NCBI GenBank assembly: GCA_048013815.1
Contig: CM106586.1
Span: 16,616,001-16,680,000 of the forward strand
DNA from: Setoptus koraiensis
Lineage: Eukaryota; Animalia; Arthropoda
DNA: 64,000 nucleotides
Direction: 5' to 3'
Below, one piece after another: positions 1 through 11,871 of the stretch. Within the stretch, counting starts at the first letter, position 1. Each line of letters begins with the position of its first letter. Position numbers and translations under genes: made by a program. The notes beneath the pieces are model-generated. The model made no database searches. It saw only the letters and a list, made by a program, of their open reading frames with translations, and was not told the DNA's origin.

Positions 1-265
1 ATTTATGGCGAAGCCAGTTGGTATTGATGAGGGGAATAAATAGATTGCTTGCTCTCGTTGCCGGCCCATTTTCTTCTTGTAACTCACAAAAATGTTTCTC
101 TTTTTTTTTATTCACAACATCTCAGTGATACACAAAACCAGCCGATGAGAACTGCTTTTCGCCAAAATACATGTAATTAGTTTCGTAATCGACACCGATC
201 CATAGAGAGCTATCGGATTGGGGTCGAACGGATTTTTGCGGCGATCGTGAGAGGTGACATGCATT

Positions 266-1081
266 TTACATTGCGGAATGTCCAAATACGGTTTGTTTCA
301 GTTTATCTAGCGAATTGGTAGACTGACTTTTCAGGGTGAATTTAAATCTTTTGCCTTCGACGGGATGTATAATTCTTTTGTAGTTTTCCTCTCCAGCAAA
401 ATCTCGCTTCAAATGGTATAGTTCCGCTTGTTCTACCCCGAACAGCTTTTTTGCTTCTTCGGCCCAAATCGTCACATTTCCGGTTGCCGTGCTGTCTCTT
501 ATTCTCAAAATAGTTCTGTAATGAAATATTGGTTTCCGAAATTCGTTGCAGCAACCGCACCACCATCTACCGCCTCTCTGCTCTAAATTTGGGTAGCATC
601 CGAATTGACACTCTGCGTAAAATCTTTCGCAATCAATAACATTCTCAATTACGATATCGACGTTACTATACATAGCCTGACCGGGAATAGCTTTGACCAA
701 TTGTAGATCGAAGCACTCCCTCAATGTTCTTGGTGACTCCAGTCGTGCTTCGCTATTTTCACACTTCTCTATCGTGGTGTCTTTTTTAATATTACACGCT
801 AACCAATTCTTGTATTTCTTAATATGTCCGCATTTTATATGATAAACTTTATCATATTCAACGACATTGCCAGTTCTACCATTGAAGTCGTTAACTCTAA
901 TTGCACCAGATTGGTCGATAATTCTGAAACGAGAACACAAGCCATCTTGGAAACGATTGAGGCTTGTTTTCTTAGCAAAGAGACGACCTCTAATGTTGAC
1001 CACCTCCTGTCCATCAGTGACTGAAGCGATGTCCACAAAGTCTCCATCTTCACAAGCTCTACAAACGGTTACAAGAGACAT
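266..1081 (-). CDS. Miniature RPA1 (RPA70)-like ssDNA-binding protein A: one OB fold plus zinc-ribbon DBD-C-like OB fold (271 aa, intronless)
   Basis: ATG at 1081, TAA at 266. N-terminal OB fold (NIRGRL...RFRIIDQSGAIRV...DKVYHI). C-terminal YAEC-x3-C-x12-C-x2-C followed by YRTILRIRDST..VTIWAEEAKKLFG, which matches RPA1 DBD-C (YQACP..C..C..C..YRMILSVNIAD..WVTCFQESAEAILG). Confidence 0.8.
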   Translation of the reverse strand: MSLVTVCRACEDGDFVDIASVTDGQEVVNIRGRLFAKKTSLNRFQDGLCSRFRIIDQSGAIRVNDFNGRTGNVVEYDKVYHIKCGHIKKYKNWLACNIKKDTTIEKCENSEARLESPRTLRECFDLQLVKAIPGQAMYSNVDIVIENVIDCERFYAECQFGCYPNLEQRGGRWWCGCCNEFRKPIFHYRTILRIRDSTATGNVTIWAEEAKKLFGVEQAELYHLKRDFAGEENYKRIIHPVEGKRFKFTLKSQSTNSLDKLKQTVFGHSAM

Positions 1082-1988
1082 TTCAAATAAGATTTGTTTT
1101 CTCCGAGTAGCGGGTCATTGAAGTTTCTTTTGTGTCATCTCTAATGATTCATTGGAGTTGAGTATACCACACTGAGTCTGTCGGCATAGTTGCTATTTAT
1201 ATTATTGACCTAACTGGATGGTCCAAATAAACTATAGCGAAATGTCCCGCCTCTATGTTTTCAGTGATCGGATGAATTTAGTTCTGCATTCTATAGATAG
1301 TTGTTTCTTATGCTAGTCATATACGATTCATTGCATGACAGACTCGCTAGGAATCGAGTCATGCAGGAACCCAGCGTTTGTATTCCAGTTTCGCAGACCA
1401 CAAGCTGAACGGAAAACATGAAAAACAAAAAAGGATTATAAAATTGTCAAATTGATAGCGATAGTGTGCTGTCGAAATATTGTCACTATTGTATTGCATT
1501 GTCATTGAATAATTGTTTGATCTTGATATCTGTAGATGATAGGCTCGCAAAAGCGGCTGCTCAAAGCCCATTGAACTTGGTTTTGATGCATAGTGGATTT
1601 TATCTGATCGGCACGAAGGGGGGGGGGCTACATATTATAAATTGGCGAGCATCAATCAATTGAAGATTAATGATACTGCGATAACTCGTTCGTGGAGTAT
1701 TTTTTGCAAAAAAGTATGTGAAAGTGCATTTTGAATATATTGGTAGCCGTGTCAGCGCCTGATCATAAATTACAATGTCAGCTATTATGTTTGGTGAGAA
1801 GAGGTTGATAAGATTATTGTTGATAATGATTTAGCTAATAAAGGATTGACTAGATATTGCGTTCAGCATCATTGGAAACTTCATTTGTAACTTTTGAGGC
1901 CAGTTGCATTCTGTAATGTGAATGTTTATGTCGTCACAGTAACGATTGATTCCAATAATCATCTACGTAAAATTATCTGACCAGAACG

Positions 1989-2849
1989 ATGGCAGGACCT
2001 CCTCTCCGAGCGCTCATCGATCGATCTGTCATAGATATAGCCTTACTCAACCCTAATATTGGAATAAAATGGGTCGTTAGAGGTACTGTTACGATGAAGT
2101 CTGAAAGGAACCATTGGACATTCACATTCAGAATCAGAGATAGATCAGGAGAAATCGAGTTCACAGCTTTCAACAGACAATGTGACAAATGGTTCGACTT
2201 CATCAAACTAAATGAGGTCTACTATGTTGCTCGTGGCTTAATAAGAAGAAATAACCGGTGTGATCTGCTGCCTTGCAGTCTCATCGAGCAAATCAGTCCC
2301 CAATTTAATGGCGAGGCCAATCCAGGAGTCGCACGAATTCAATATAATAATGTATTCGAACCCGAACACAGAAACTTGATAGATTGCTCGAATATTGATC
2401 TGGTCAGTGCTCAGCGCAACCAAACTCTATATAGCACCGTTGTTGCCGAAGTAATAGAAATTGATCAAAATCAAGAGCTTACCTATGTGTGTTGTCCAAT
2501 GAATGGATGTTGGAAGAAGGTGGTGCCAGATGATGAAACGGGTGGTTGGGAGTGCATTAAATGTGAAATAATCTATCCACATCATGAATATAGGTATCGA
2601 GTTACTTTAAGGCTGAAAGATGAGACGACCGAAGAATTCCGAGCCATCATTTGGGGCGACGAAGCAGAGAGTCTACTGGGTGAAAGACCGTTCGATATGG
2701 CACTGATTGAACGAAACATCGGTAGAATGGATGAACATGAGCGGATACTGTCTGGTCCAATCGGGAGGCTATTCAAATTTATCTTGAGAACTAAACTTGG
2801 CGAAAATGGTGATCTCGAGCATCACGTCCAAAACCTCGGGCATCTTTAG
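1989..2849 (+). CDS. Miniature RPA1 (RPA70)-like ssDNA-binding protein B: DBD-A-like OB fold plus zinc-ribbon DBD-C (286 aa, intronless ORF)
   Basis: KWVVRGTVTMKS...IRDRSGEIEFTAFNRQCDKWFDFIKLNEVYY closely resembles RPA1 DBD-A (KWTICARVTNKS...[31 protein letters not shown]). YVCCPMNGCWKK..ECIKC..YRYRVTLRLKDET..AIIWGDEAESLLG matches DBD-C. An acceptor-like 'ctgaccag' just upstream suggests a possible 5' exon. Confidence 0.85.
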   Translation: MAGPPLRALIDRSVIDIALLNPNIGIKWVVRGTVTMKSERNHWTFTFRIRDRSGEIEFTAFNRQCDKWFDFIKLNEVYYVARGLIRRNNRCDLLPCSLIEQISPQFNGEANPGVARIQYNNVFEPEHRNLIDCSNIDLVSAQRNQTLYSTVVAEVIEIDQNQELTYVCCPMNGCWKKVVPDDETGGWECIKCEIIYPHHEYRYRVTLRLKDETTEEFRAIIWGDEAESLLGERPFDMALIERNIGRMDEHERILSGPIGRLFKFILRTKLGENGDLEHHVQNLGHL

Positions 2850-3812
2850 ATTGTTCTTACATTTCAGATTTATGCAGCGCGCCCCCAGAGAAGCCTCTGG
2901 ACTCCAGGGTCTGGAGTACAATAAATGTCAGTCCATGCGTTGACCATGAGAACATCAGAGATGAGAGTATTTGGCTCGAAATTTGGCTGCTTTTGGTTGC
3001 TTTCTTTTTCCTTCGTTCAACATGCTCTAACATTATAAGTTATACGCTATTCATTGAGTTATTTACGCGGCTACGGTGCCAGGTCCTCACCATGTATCAT
3101 ATTATTCAGGGGACAGAGTGGAGGTTTGTAACAGATGAAGTAGAGAGCCCCAAAATAGGACAGTATTGTCCTGTGTGCAGCTAGTGATTGGAAAATTGCG
3201 CAAGTCTAAGAACGCGAATAGAGCTAGAGGGTGGTCAACTGAAGAGGCACAGTGCATTCTCTTGCCGAAGACAACCGAAGAGAAAGCCACAAAACGCACA
3301 GTTGTTGTCACGTATTCCATTCGAATGGTTTAGAACCCTCATTATCGAACTTCGCAACCGTGGCGAACGCTTTTGCACTTCCAACTGTTAGTGGCCATTC
3401 AACAAGTTATTACGTATTAATATATTGAGATCTTATATATTGATTTGTCATTGTGTGTGTAATTGTATATATTTAATAATATTTGTATACCATATGTATT
3501 CTAGTTATCTGACACATAGATAAACGCTACAATGTAAATAGTTATTGAAATATATGGATTCACAATACATCTTAATAGTCATTAGAAGGGCTTGGGGCTT
3601 TTTGGTCCGACCTTACTAGTTGATTGTTTCGTTGTAACAGAGTCATTTAACCAACAATCATTGGACAATTGAATAAAATAGATACAGAAAGGATCTATAG
3701 TAATGGCAAGCATTCACCGTTTGGTGCATGAGCTGGTTCTACGATCCTGTGGACTAAAAAAAAAATTTCACCAGAAAACTAACATAGTAACAATTTTATA
3801 TTCTGCTTGTTC

Positions 3813-6800
3813 CTAAGCCTCTTCAACAATAAATTGATCACCGTTTTGAACATTGTAGTTCCAAAGTTTCTTCTGATTGTGCTTCATCAGCTCTGGACCC
3901 ACCAGTCCAACCATTTCGTGATCAATATAGTAAAGTATCATCTTTGAAGGATCTGAAAAATTGAAAATTGAACTAAGAAAAAGAACGAACATTTTGTCAG
4001 TAAAGTGTTTTTCTATGATAACAATATTAAGTACAGATCTGATAGATATTTACCTAAGCTCCAATTTGAAATTCCTCACTGACTTCCTTAGATCTACCGT
4101 CATCGCCACAACTTCTTGATCTTCATTTTTCATTATAACTTGTGGCTTATTCCAGAGGTCCATCGGATTACAGAGCTGGCGATCTTCATCATCGCCTTCA
4201 TCTGATGTTGGTTCATCATTAGAAGGTCCATGATTATTGTGCACGCTAGTTTGATCCAGGATTTTGGTTAGAAAATCTTCGGACATCAGGATATCATCAT
4301 TGTCTTTGTTCAAATGATAGACAATTCTAACATTGGCCTTGTTGGGCGGCGAAAGATCAACATCTGCAACAGGGCGAACCTCTCCGTGAACTTGAAACAG
4401 TTCATAGAATCTATCAGGTTTCTCTAGATGTTGATTGGTTATAAAGAAACGAACGAAAGCTTTCTCGGCATGTTCACGTTCCTCAATTTCGCTACCATTT
4501 AGTCTTATTAATTTCGGTAGTCTAGCAATCAAATGATGACGTCTGTTTTCCGGCTCTTCAATCTCGTTCAACAATTCTAGATTTTGGCATTTGAGATCGA
4601 CCAACGATGGTAATTGATTCAGGCGTTCGATTACAGGCCATTCCTTAATAGGCCAACCAGCTATGTTAAGACCGCAGAGTTTTCTCCATTCCCTAGCTCG
4701 ATCTAAATTGTCCGGTATCTGGCTTATGTTGCAGTCTGCAATAGAAAGAGCCTCAAGAGATGGAAAAGCTGCTAGTATTTTGTCCAACTCGTTCCAATTA
4801 GTCAATTTTGGATTGTTGCATAAATATAGTCGCTTGAGTTGATGATGCTTAAAATTATCACTATCTAACTCAATCTTTTCATAGTTGTTCAAGCTCAAAT
4901 GGAGCTCTTCTAGGTTTGGCATTCTCAATAATATTGAACACACCACTCTCCAGGGACAGCGAGTATTATTCATTGCTAAAACTTTGATTGTTTCAAAAAT
5001 GCGCCGAAAGTAAATATTTCCAGTGTTGTTAGTACTATTATGTGAGACATTAGCATTGATGTTGTTGTTGCTGCTGCTGTTACCCGTATAGTGTGTCCCT
5101 ATTGCTGAACCAGATATTGGACTTGATGTTTGCGGTGGTGAGGCGGCTTGCAGCGACAATACAGAGGTGCCAGTCATTACTATGTCTTCACAAGCCATGT
5201 TACTTTTGAGCTTTTGACTACTGGTTGTTGCATGACCAACTTGACTAACATGATTGTAATTGTTGTTGATAGTTGTATGTGCTGTTGTTGTTGTGTTAGA
5301 GGTCATTCCTCTATTGCTACCTTTAATAGATGATGTTCCCTTCTTCCTTTGATTGGTTGAAAATCTAGATACCGCTGCACGTGTATCTTTGGCCGATAGC
5401 GCCGACACAGAACGTGATATGGCAGCCGAGGTCCTGGCGGCGCGTCTCTCCTTCAAACCCGTCGCAGATCCACCCGCTGAGGCTCTAGAACTTGATGGAT
5501 TTGAGCGCGAACCCAGAATAGTCGCTGTTGTAGAGGTTACTTGACTTATTTCATTTACCTTAGTCTGCGATTGCCTCGTGCCAGTTCCTCTAAGTGTCGA
5601 GAATGTTGCATGATGAGTGGATCCATGGAACAGACTCGAGTTGTGCCTCCCTGGTAGATTGTTACTATTTAAAGGACTCAAATAGGATCTACTAACTGAA
5701 GATGAATTAGTGGTGGCCAAAGCCATCGGCATGGCTTTTGATAGATCGTTCTCGCTAAGATTTAGTATGCGTAAGTTCGGTGTAACTTGAAGGATCTTGT
5801 AGATTTCCACCAAATCATTTAATTTATTAGTGCCGAGATCCAATTCCTCAACATTTCTGCATGACTCCCTAATTTGATTCATAAGTCGCAAATTTTTTGG
5901 ACTCGCAAAACGACTTATGCTTTGTCCGTTCAAAGATATGCATGGAGGAAGTATTAGATGGGTGCCTAGTGTACAATAGCATTCATAGTAACAAAGAAAC
6001 AGTAGATATAGTTAGTTCGTTTGACAACTAGATTTTTGTTTGTATAATTGTTAAGGCATGGCTCTTTTTAGTAGTAACGATAAACTGTAATTTAACAGAC
6101 ATCCGCTCGTTTGTTTGATATTTTTTTGGGTAACAAATCTACTCGAAGTGCCGTAAAAAAGACTGACAGATCTAGCCCCATATAAAGCGAATCTCATTCA
6201 GCAGCAGTTAAACGAGATTGTGTTACAACATGTATGCCATTGTTGATCGCTCATCTTGTCTATCTGTTTCAATTCACTCGCACTGACAGCTCTATTTATC
6301 AATTCTGACGACTAATAAGACAAAAGGATCATACTACTATGCGTGACGACAATCCATAGAAAAGTTGCATATCCGAGCGTGGTGACAGTTTTTTTGTATA
6401 ATTAAATATTCGCAGTAGTTGATCACTAATGTCAATGCACCACGGCTATAATATAAGTATCTTCCCTAATGGTCGTGTGACACAAACCAGCGAGAACATA
6501 AATCTAAGTAATTACTCTAGTGTTTCTATTTGAAGTTCGGAGTCAACTCTCAGAAGCAGTCTCAGTTGAACAATTCAACCAACTCTTGTGAAGGTTGTGC
6601 GCGCTGCTGGTTCGGACTCATTTGCATTCTCTCAAAACCAATTAGAACTCCTTAGAAGTAGGTAACCTTGATTCGCTTTCACAGGAATTGCACTGACTTT
6701 CTTAAATTTTTTATGAGTAGGCTAAATATAACTCTACGTCGGATTTTCTCTGACATTTTTTCAGTATTTGATCGATTATAGTAATCTATTCAAAATGGTC

Positions 6801-7524
6801 AACTATTGTTATTACTCATAACTTAATAGGATTTGCATCTATACGGCTATCAAGAATACTAGTTAGATATTGCAAATTGTAGTGTCTCAAGCATATTATG
6901 CTATCTTCTGAGGGTATGTAACAGTTGTTGGCCAGATTCAAGTACCCTTTTGATACTACTACTACTCATTTTGATTCAGATTAATAAATAGATCAGAACA
7001 AAACTCCATCTAGCCTTAATCTTTTCAAGATTTTCAGATATATACTAAGTGATTCGTTACTTTGAACTCTCATTTCGAACTTTTTGGAGCGTTGAAAATT
7101 CTCGAATTTCATTCTGACTAGATTTCCACCTAAATCATAATTAGTATTTCAACTCACCATCAGAACCAGGACTAACGTTTCCAACTACAAAAACAGGAAC
7201 TGAACAAAAGTCTTGACTAAAGCAATCTTTAAATCTCCTTATGAGACAATCAATGAAGGACGAAGATGTTCCATTTGAATTGTTCGGAGAGATTGCTATG
7301 ACTGGAGGTGATGATGATATGTTGCATCTGAGTTGTTGTGACCTTATTTGACTGTTTTGACTAGATTGTGGTATTGGAGTGGGAGCGCTGTGTAACACTT
7401 TCGATTGCTGATTAACAGCGGAAGTGTTACTACCACTATGTTGTCTTCGCTTATCTGTTTTGACCAAAGGTGCTGAAGAAGGCGTCACATAGCGTCTAGT
7501 TGAATGATCGGTAGTCAATGTCAT
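3813..7524 (-). CDS. TBCEL: Tubulin-specific chaperone cofactor E-like (LRR + C-terminal ubiquitin-like domain), 3 exons, ~812 aa
   Basis: Exons 7524-7158, 5965-4054 and 3972-3813, with GT-AG introns and matching phases (total 2439 nt). LRRs (EELDLGTNKL, LRILNLSEN, LEELHLSLNNY), LRRcap region LPKLIRLNGSEI..REHAEKAFVRFF, VDLSP motif, and C-terminus MILYYIDHE..GPELMK..LWNYNVQNGDQFIVE. No CAP-Gly domain, so TBCEL rather than TBCE. Confidence 0.9.
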
Positions 7525-10500
7525 CTTAGATTTGTTGCTATCATGTATATGTAGTGGGTTTTTTGTACTATTGAATTGGATGGCCTTTGTTGTCTAGATG
7601 ACTAAAAGTTGGGGCGGCGATGATCATTGAAGCTTAGATGAGGTGTGCTTTGATGTGAAATATATATCTTCAAATCGGTAGTGACTAAATTGATATGTGA
7701 GTGTTATATTTTTTTTTTTGTAAGATGTGAAAAAAGCTCTCTTTCCACATAAGTATCATTAGTCTTCGTTCACTGAATTCATGTTACTATGTTAACGATG
7801 ATCAAAATATTTTGTTTATAGTTGTATATCAATCATTTATTTAGATGAAACACAAATGGCGACCCTTCATGATTTGTTTGTTAGTGACTCCCGAATATGA
7901 GTCCTTCTTATGGAACTGTTTGGCTATGAAGTGTGGTATAAGAGAATAGAAAAAAAAAATATTGCGTCATTATTAGATTTGATACCATGGTGGTAGAGGT
8001 ATGTAAGTAACACAAAAATGAACATCAACAATAAAGAAATGTTAAAGCTGACAAGGTATGTTTGAGATGATAACTTCATACATCGTGTATAGAGATTGGT
8101 ATCTGGATAGGAATAACTAATAATAATAATAATAAAAACAAAGTTGTTGTCATTATTTTGATGGCACCGTATATATTATCTATAAACCCTGGCTGTGTGT
8201 GTTAGATTGCATGGTGCAGAGGCTAAAACAAATCAAATAGACTTCAAATTGCTTATCATTTTGCTTGAGCGTATGTTTAGGCCTGATAGCGATATCATAA
8301 GCGTTACTAATAGTCTATTGTCTGCAATACAATTAGTTTCTTATAAACGCATTAGCATCAGCGATGCTACTAAAATCTATTGGAACTACTTTATAGTGGA
8401 GAAAGCAGAATATAAATTGATTGAATCTGACAAAATTTTCTTGCTAGAGAGTCCTGAAGCATTGTTAGAAATATAGTATGATGTCTGACGAACTACTATG
8501 GATTCTGTGATTGGTGGGCTAAGATGATTATGTATGTTTAAGTTGACATCACGATTCTACTAGAACAGAATAAATATCTCGCATCCTCACGTAGGATGGA
8601 GAGGCACAAAGAACCCTTGATTGATTGAGCCATATTTGAGTTAGTTTATAAGATTGCTATAAGTCGGATCTCACTAGTTATTGGCTGCAAGCAACAGTCC
8701 ATTTCATTTGTAGTGTGTCGTGGCTGCTATATGTACCTGATTATGTAGCTGTTGTGTTGTGATCAGTTACTAAAGTAAACAATAGCAAAACAGAACATTA
8801 CAAACAATGACTAACTGTCAGTGAGATGCGAGCGTTTATATTGTGAGTGCTGTCTATCTGTTACATGACATCTCTAGACACAAACAGAACGCATCCAATC
8901 TAAAGCTGGCCAATGATGAAAGCTCTTGAGCGGGCCAGTTTCTCAAGAGCTTTCTTTCTCCGAGAGGCACTGTCAAATATTTGTTTTGATTGGCGTGTGT
9001 GATTTTGTGTGCATTGTGTGTGTGTTATTATCATTATTATTATTTGACTGGTGATGACATGTAGCGTTGGCTGGCTCAACAAGTGCTAACTGATGATATA
9101 AAAATAGTCATAATCACGTTAATGTATTGCTTGCGAGCCACTATTACGTGGGCGTCAGCAGTGCACAGCGCATTGCGATTATCTAATAACTCTCTGATTG
9201 TTGCAATGGCTGATTATTCAACTCTTGTTATGCTCACATTAATTATTATTTGTGCAAAAGATGGTGTGGGCGAAGCGTGTCTCACAGGTAGTCAGTCACA
9301 CGACGATCCTTGACCGTGAATACAGACAAAATAGAAGAATTTGAATATGACACAAGAAAGTGATGATGATGATGATGATGAACAAGAATAGACACTCACT
9401 CAATTAGTTTGCTGCTTAATAATTGCTTTGTGGGTGCAATAAAACATCCGCGAGACGCGTCCTCGTGATACTGCCACTGATCAATCACGGTGTATATAAT
9501 AGTAAAAGCGGAGTTTCTTGGTGACTTAGCCGTTTCGAAGACTCACGATCTGTAGGTTGCCTGGTGGCGATGTGTTAGTGGTTGCTTATAAGCACTGATA
9601 ATCACATTAATTGTTGCTGGATTGTATGGCATCGGGGTTGAGGATAAACAATTGATTTGCATCGAGAGGTCTCTGGCGGCCTCTGCGACTGGGCTCTGGG
9701 TTGCGCATTGAATTGTTGGCGACTATCCGAGTGACTGTGCGCTGCTCGTTGTTGCTAGTTGGCTAACATGATGGTTGTAATAATAATATGACAATATAAA
9801 TTGTTGGCACTTGCGCAATTGTAAAAGTCTGTTTAGTTGCGTTTGCTGGCCGCTGTTAGTTCGACGGGCATGAGAATGAGCCAACTGGCGAGTGAAAGTT
9901 GGACAATTCGAAAAGTCGATCTCTACTCACTGCACTCACTGCACTGTGTGTGTATGCTCGCTGCTGATTCAGTTACTGAATTTCAGTTACCGAATTTCAG
10001 CATTGCCGAAGAAACAACGCGCACACAATCGAATAACTGCGCAGCGCCAGTTGCTTGCAGTGCGCGCTGGTTAGCTCGCTGTGTGTGTGTTTCAAACACA
10101 GTGTGTGTCTGTGTGTGTTTCGAATACAGTGTGTGTGTCGATGGAATAACAGTGCACCGAGGGAACTCTGCCTGCGCTGGGTAGCTGCCGGGCTTGTGGC
10201 GGCTTATTGATGGTATGCATGCAACAACTTGTTGATTGTGTTATGTGTATATTGCATTAGAGTTGAAACTGTTCGAGCTGTTGGCGACATTCGCGTTTGG
10301 CAATGGGCACACAAGTCGGACATTGCCAATAACGACGCTTTGCTCGATTGTGTGAGTGTGTGTGTCTCGCCTATTGCACGCCAATATTCGCACACCCTGT
10401 ACAGCGTGCAAAGCGAGTACAGCGTGTACACTGTACTCGCTCGAGTACAGCAAGTCGTAGCTGCGCATTGCGTAGTACAGCGCATTACGTAGTCTAGCGC

Positions 10501-11795
10501 GGCTACAAATATATCAGCATTAGCATACGGTGCACAGGACGGCGGCAGCCCCGGGCGAGCCATTGGTCAGCCAATTGACTTTGTGTGGCCTGGCCGCTCC
10601 GCCCTTGTGTTGCGTTGTGTGTGTCGCTTGTCGCGTTGGTGGGGGAGCCCCGCAAAGGGCTGCAGTTTGGCCGTGAGTGCGCTTTTGTGGGGCTCGCACT
10701 GTGTGACACACAACTTGAGTCCGTTCCGTGAGCGAGCGCATTAAGTGGCGCCGCCGCAACGATTGCAGCGGAATGATTGCGCTGCAACGATTGCGTCGGA
10801 ATGGTTGCGTTGCAATGATTGCAACCGCCGAGTGTGTGTGTGTGCCAAATGTGTGACACACACTTTCGATTCGGCTCAAATCTCTATCACTGGGCCACTT
10901 ACTGGCGCTGCAAACAAACAGGCAACTTTTGTTCGATTTGCCGCCGCCGCCGAGCTCAATTGTTCGACGACCATTGTACTGCGGCTGCTTACGGGTGTCG
11001 CGCCCAGCCGGTTGTGACTGGCAACTTGCGCAAGTTGCCAGCGCACCACACGACGGCCACTGGTTAAACAATGGTCCCACGTCTGCTCTGCACTGCTCTG
11101 GTCTGGTCTGGCCTGGGCTGCGGCAGTGGCCAGCGGCCAACATTATCAGCGAGCGTGAACGGGCGACACAGTGAGACGCAGTGAGACACACGGTGCGACC
11201 GACGCTGAGACCAGAGCGCACACTAATATAGAAACTGATGGTATCAGTGTGTTGCATCAAGTGCACTCGTCGGGGCAGGCAATTGAAATAAATTGAATAG
11301 CTGGCCGGTGCTGGGGCTGGCGAACTGCGCAACTGTCGTTCCGTTGTATCAACTTGATGCTATCAAGTGCGTCTGGTCGCACACTCGGCCGCCGTGCTCG
11401 GCTGGCTGGTGTGTGCTGGTTTGTCCGCACACACAATGGTGATACCGATACGCATGCTGGCCTGCACCGCGCACCACTCACTACATTTGTATTGGAATTC
11501 GCACAAGCGAACTTTGTCAGCCAGCGAACAAACACCAGCGCGCCTATTAGCATGGCCGCCGCCGCCATTACTGTATCACCGAATTACTGTATTACCGAAT
11601 TACTGTATCACTGTACTAGTGTGTCAGTGGATTGCTGCACCGCCGAGTTGCTGCTGCACTGCGGAAAGTTCTAATTCTAACCCTCCAGCGAGTGGTTGCG
11701 CATGCTGGCTGGCATATGCGCCACAATGAAAGTGTGCGCAGACGATAATGAATCAATTTGGCTCGATTATTGGCTCGCTGTCCCGTGCATTCCAT

Positions 11796-11871
11796 TGTGC
11801 AGACTTTTCCCCTCAAGTGTGCAGACTTTGCCCCCCTCGAGTGTGCAAACTTTGCCCCCCTCGAGTGTGCA
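11796..11871. repeat. Imperfect 22-24 bp tandem repeat (TGTGCARACTTTGCCCCCCTCGAG), ~3 copies
   Basis: Units read directly at 11796, 11818 and 11842, with a partial unit at 11866. Confidence 0.9.

Noticed and set aside
1-69. Minus-strand ATG-initiated frame running off the window edge (MGRQREQAIYLF..)
   Set aside because: Only 23 codons are visible, so it cannot be supported or identified.
7115-7136. miR-279-family seed (TGACTAGA)
   Set aside because: There is no complementary arm to form a hairpin, and it is antisense to the host intron.
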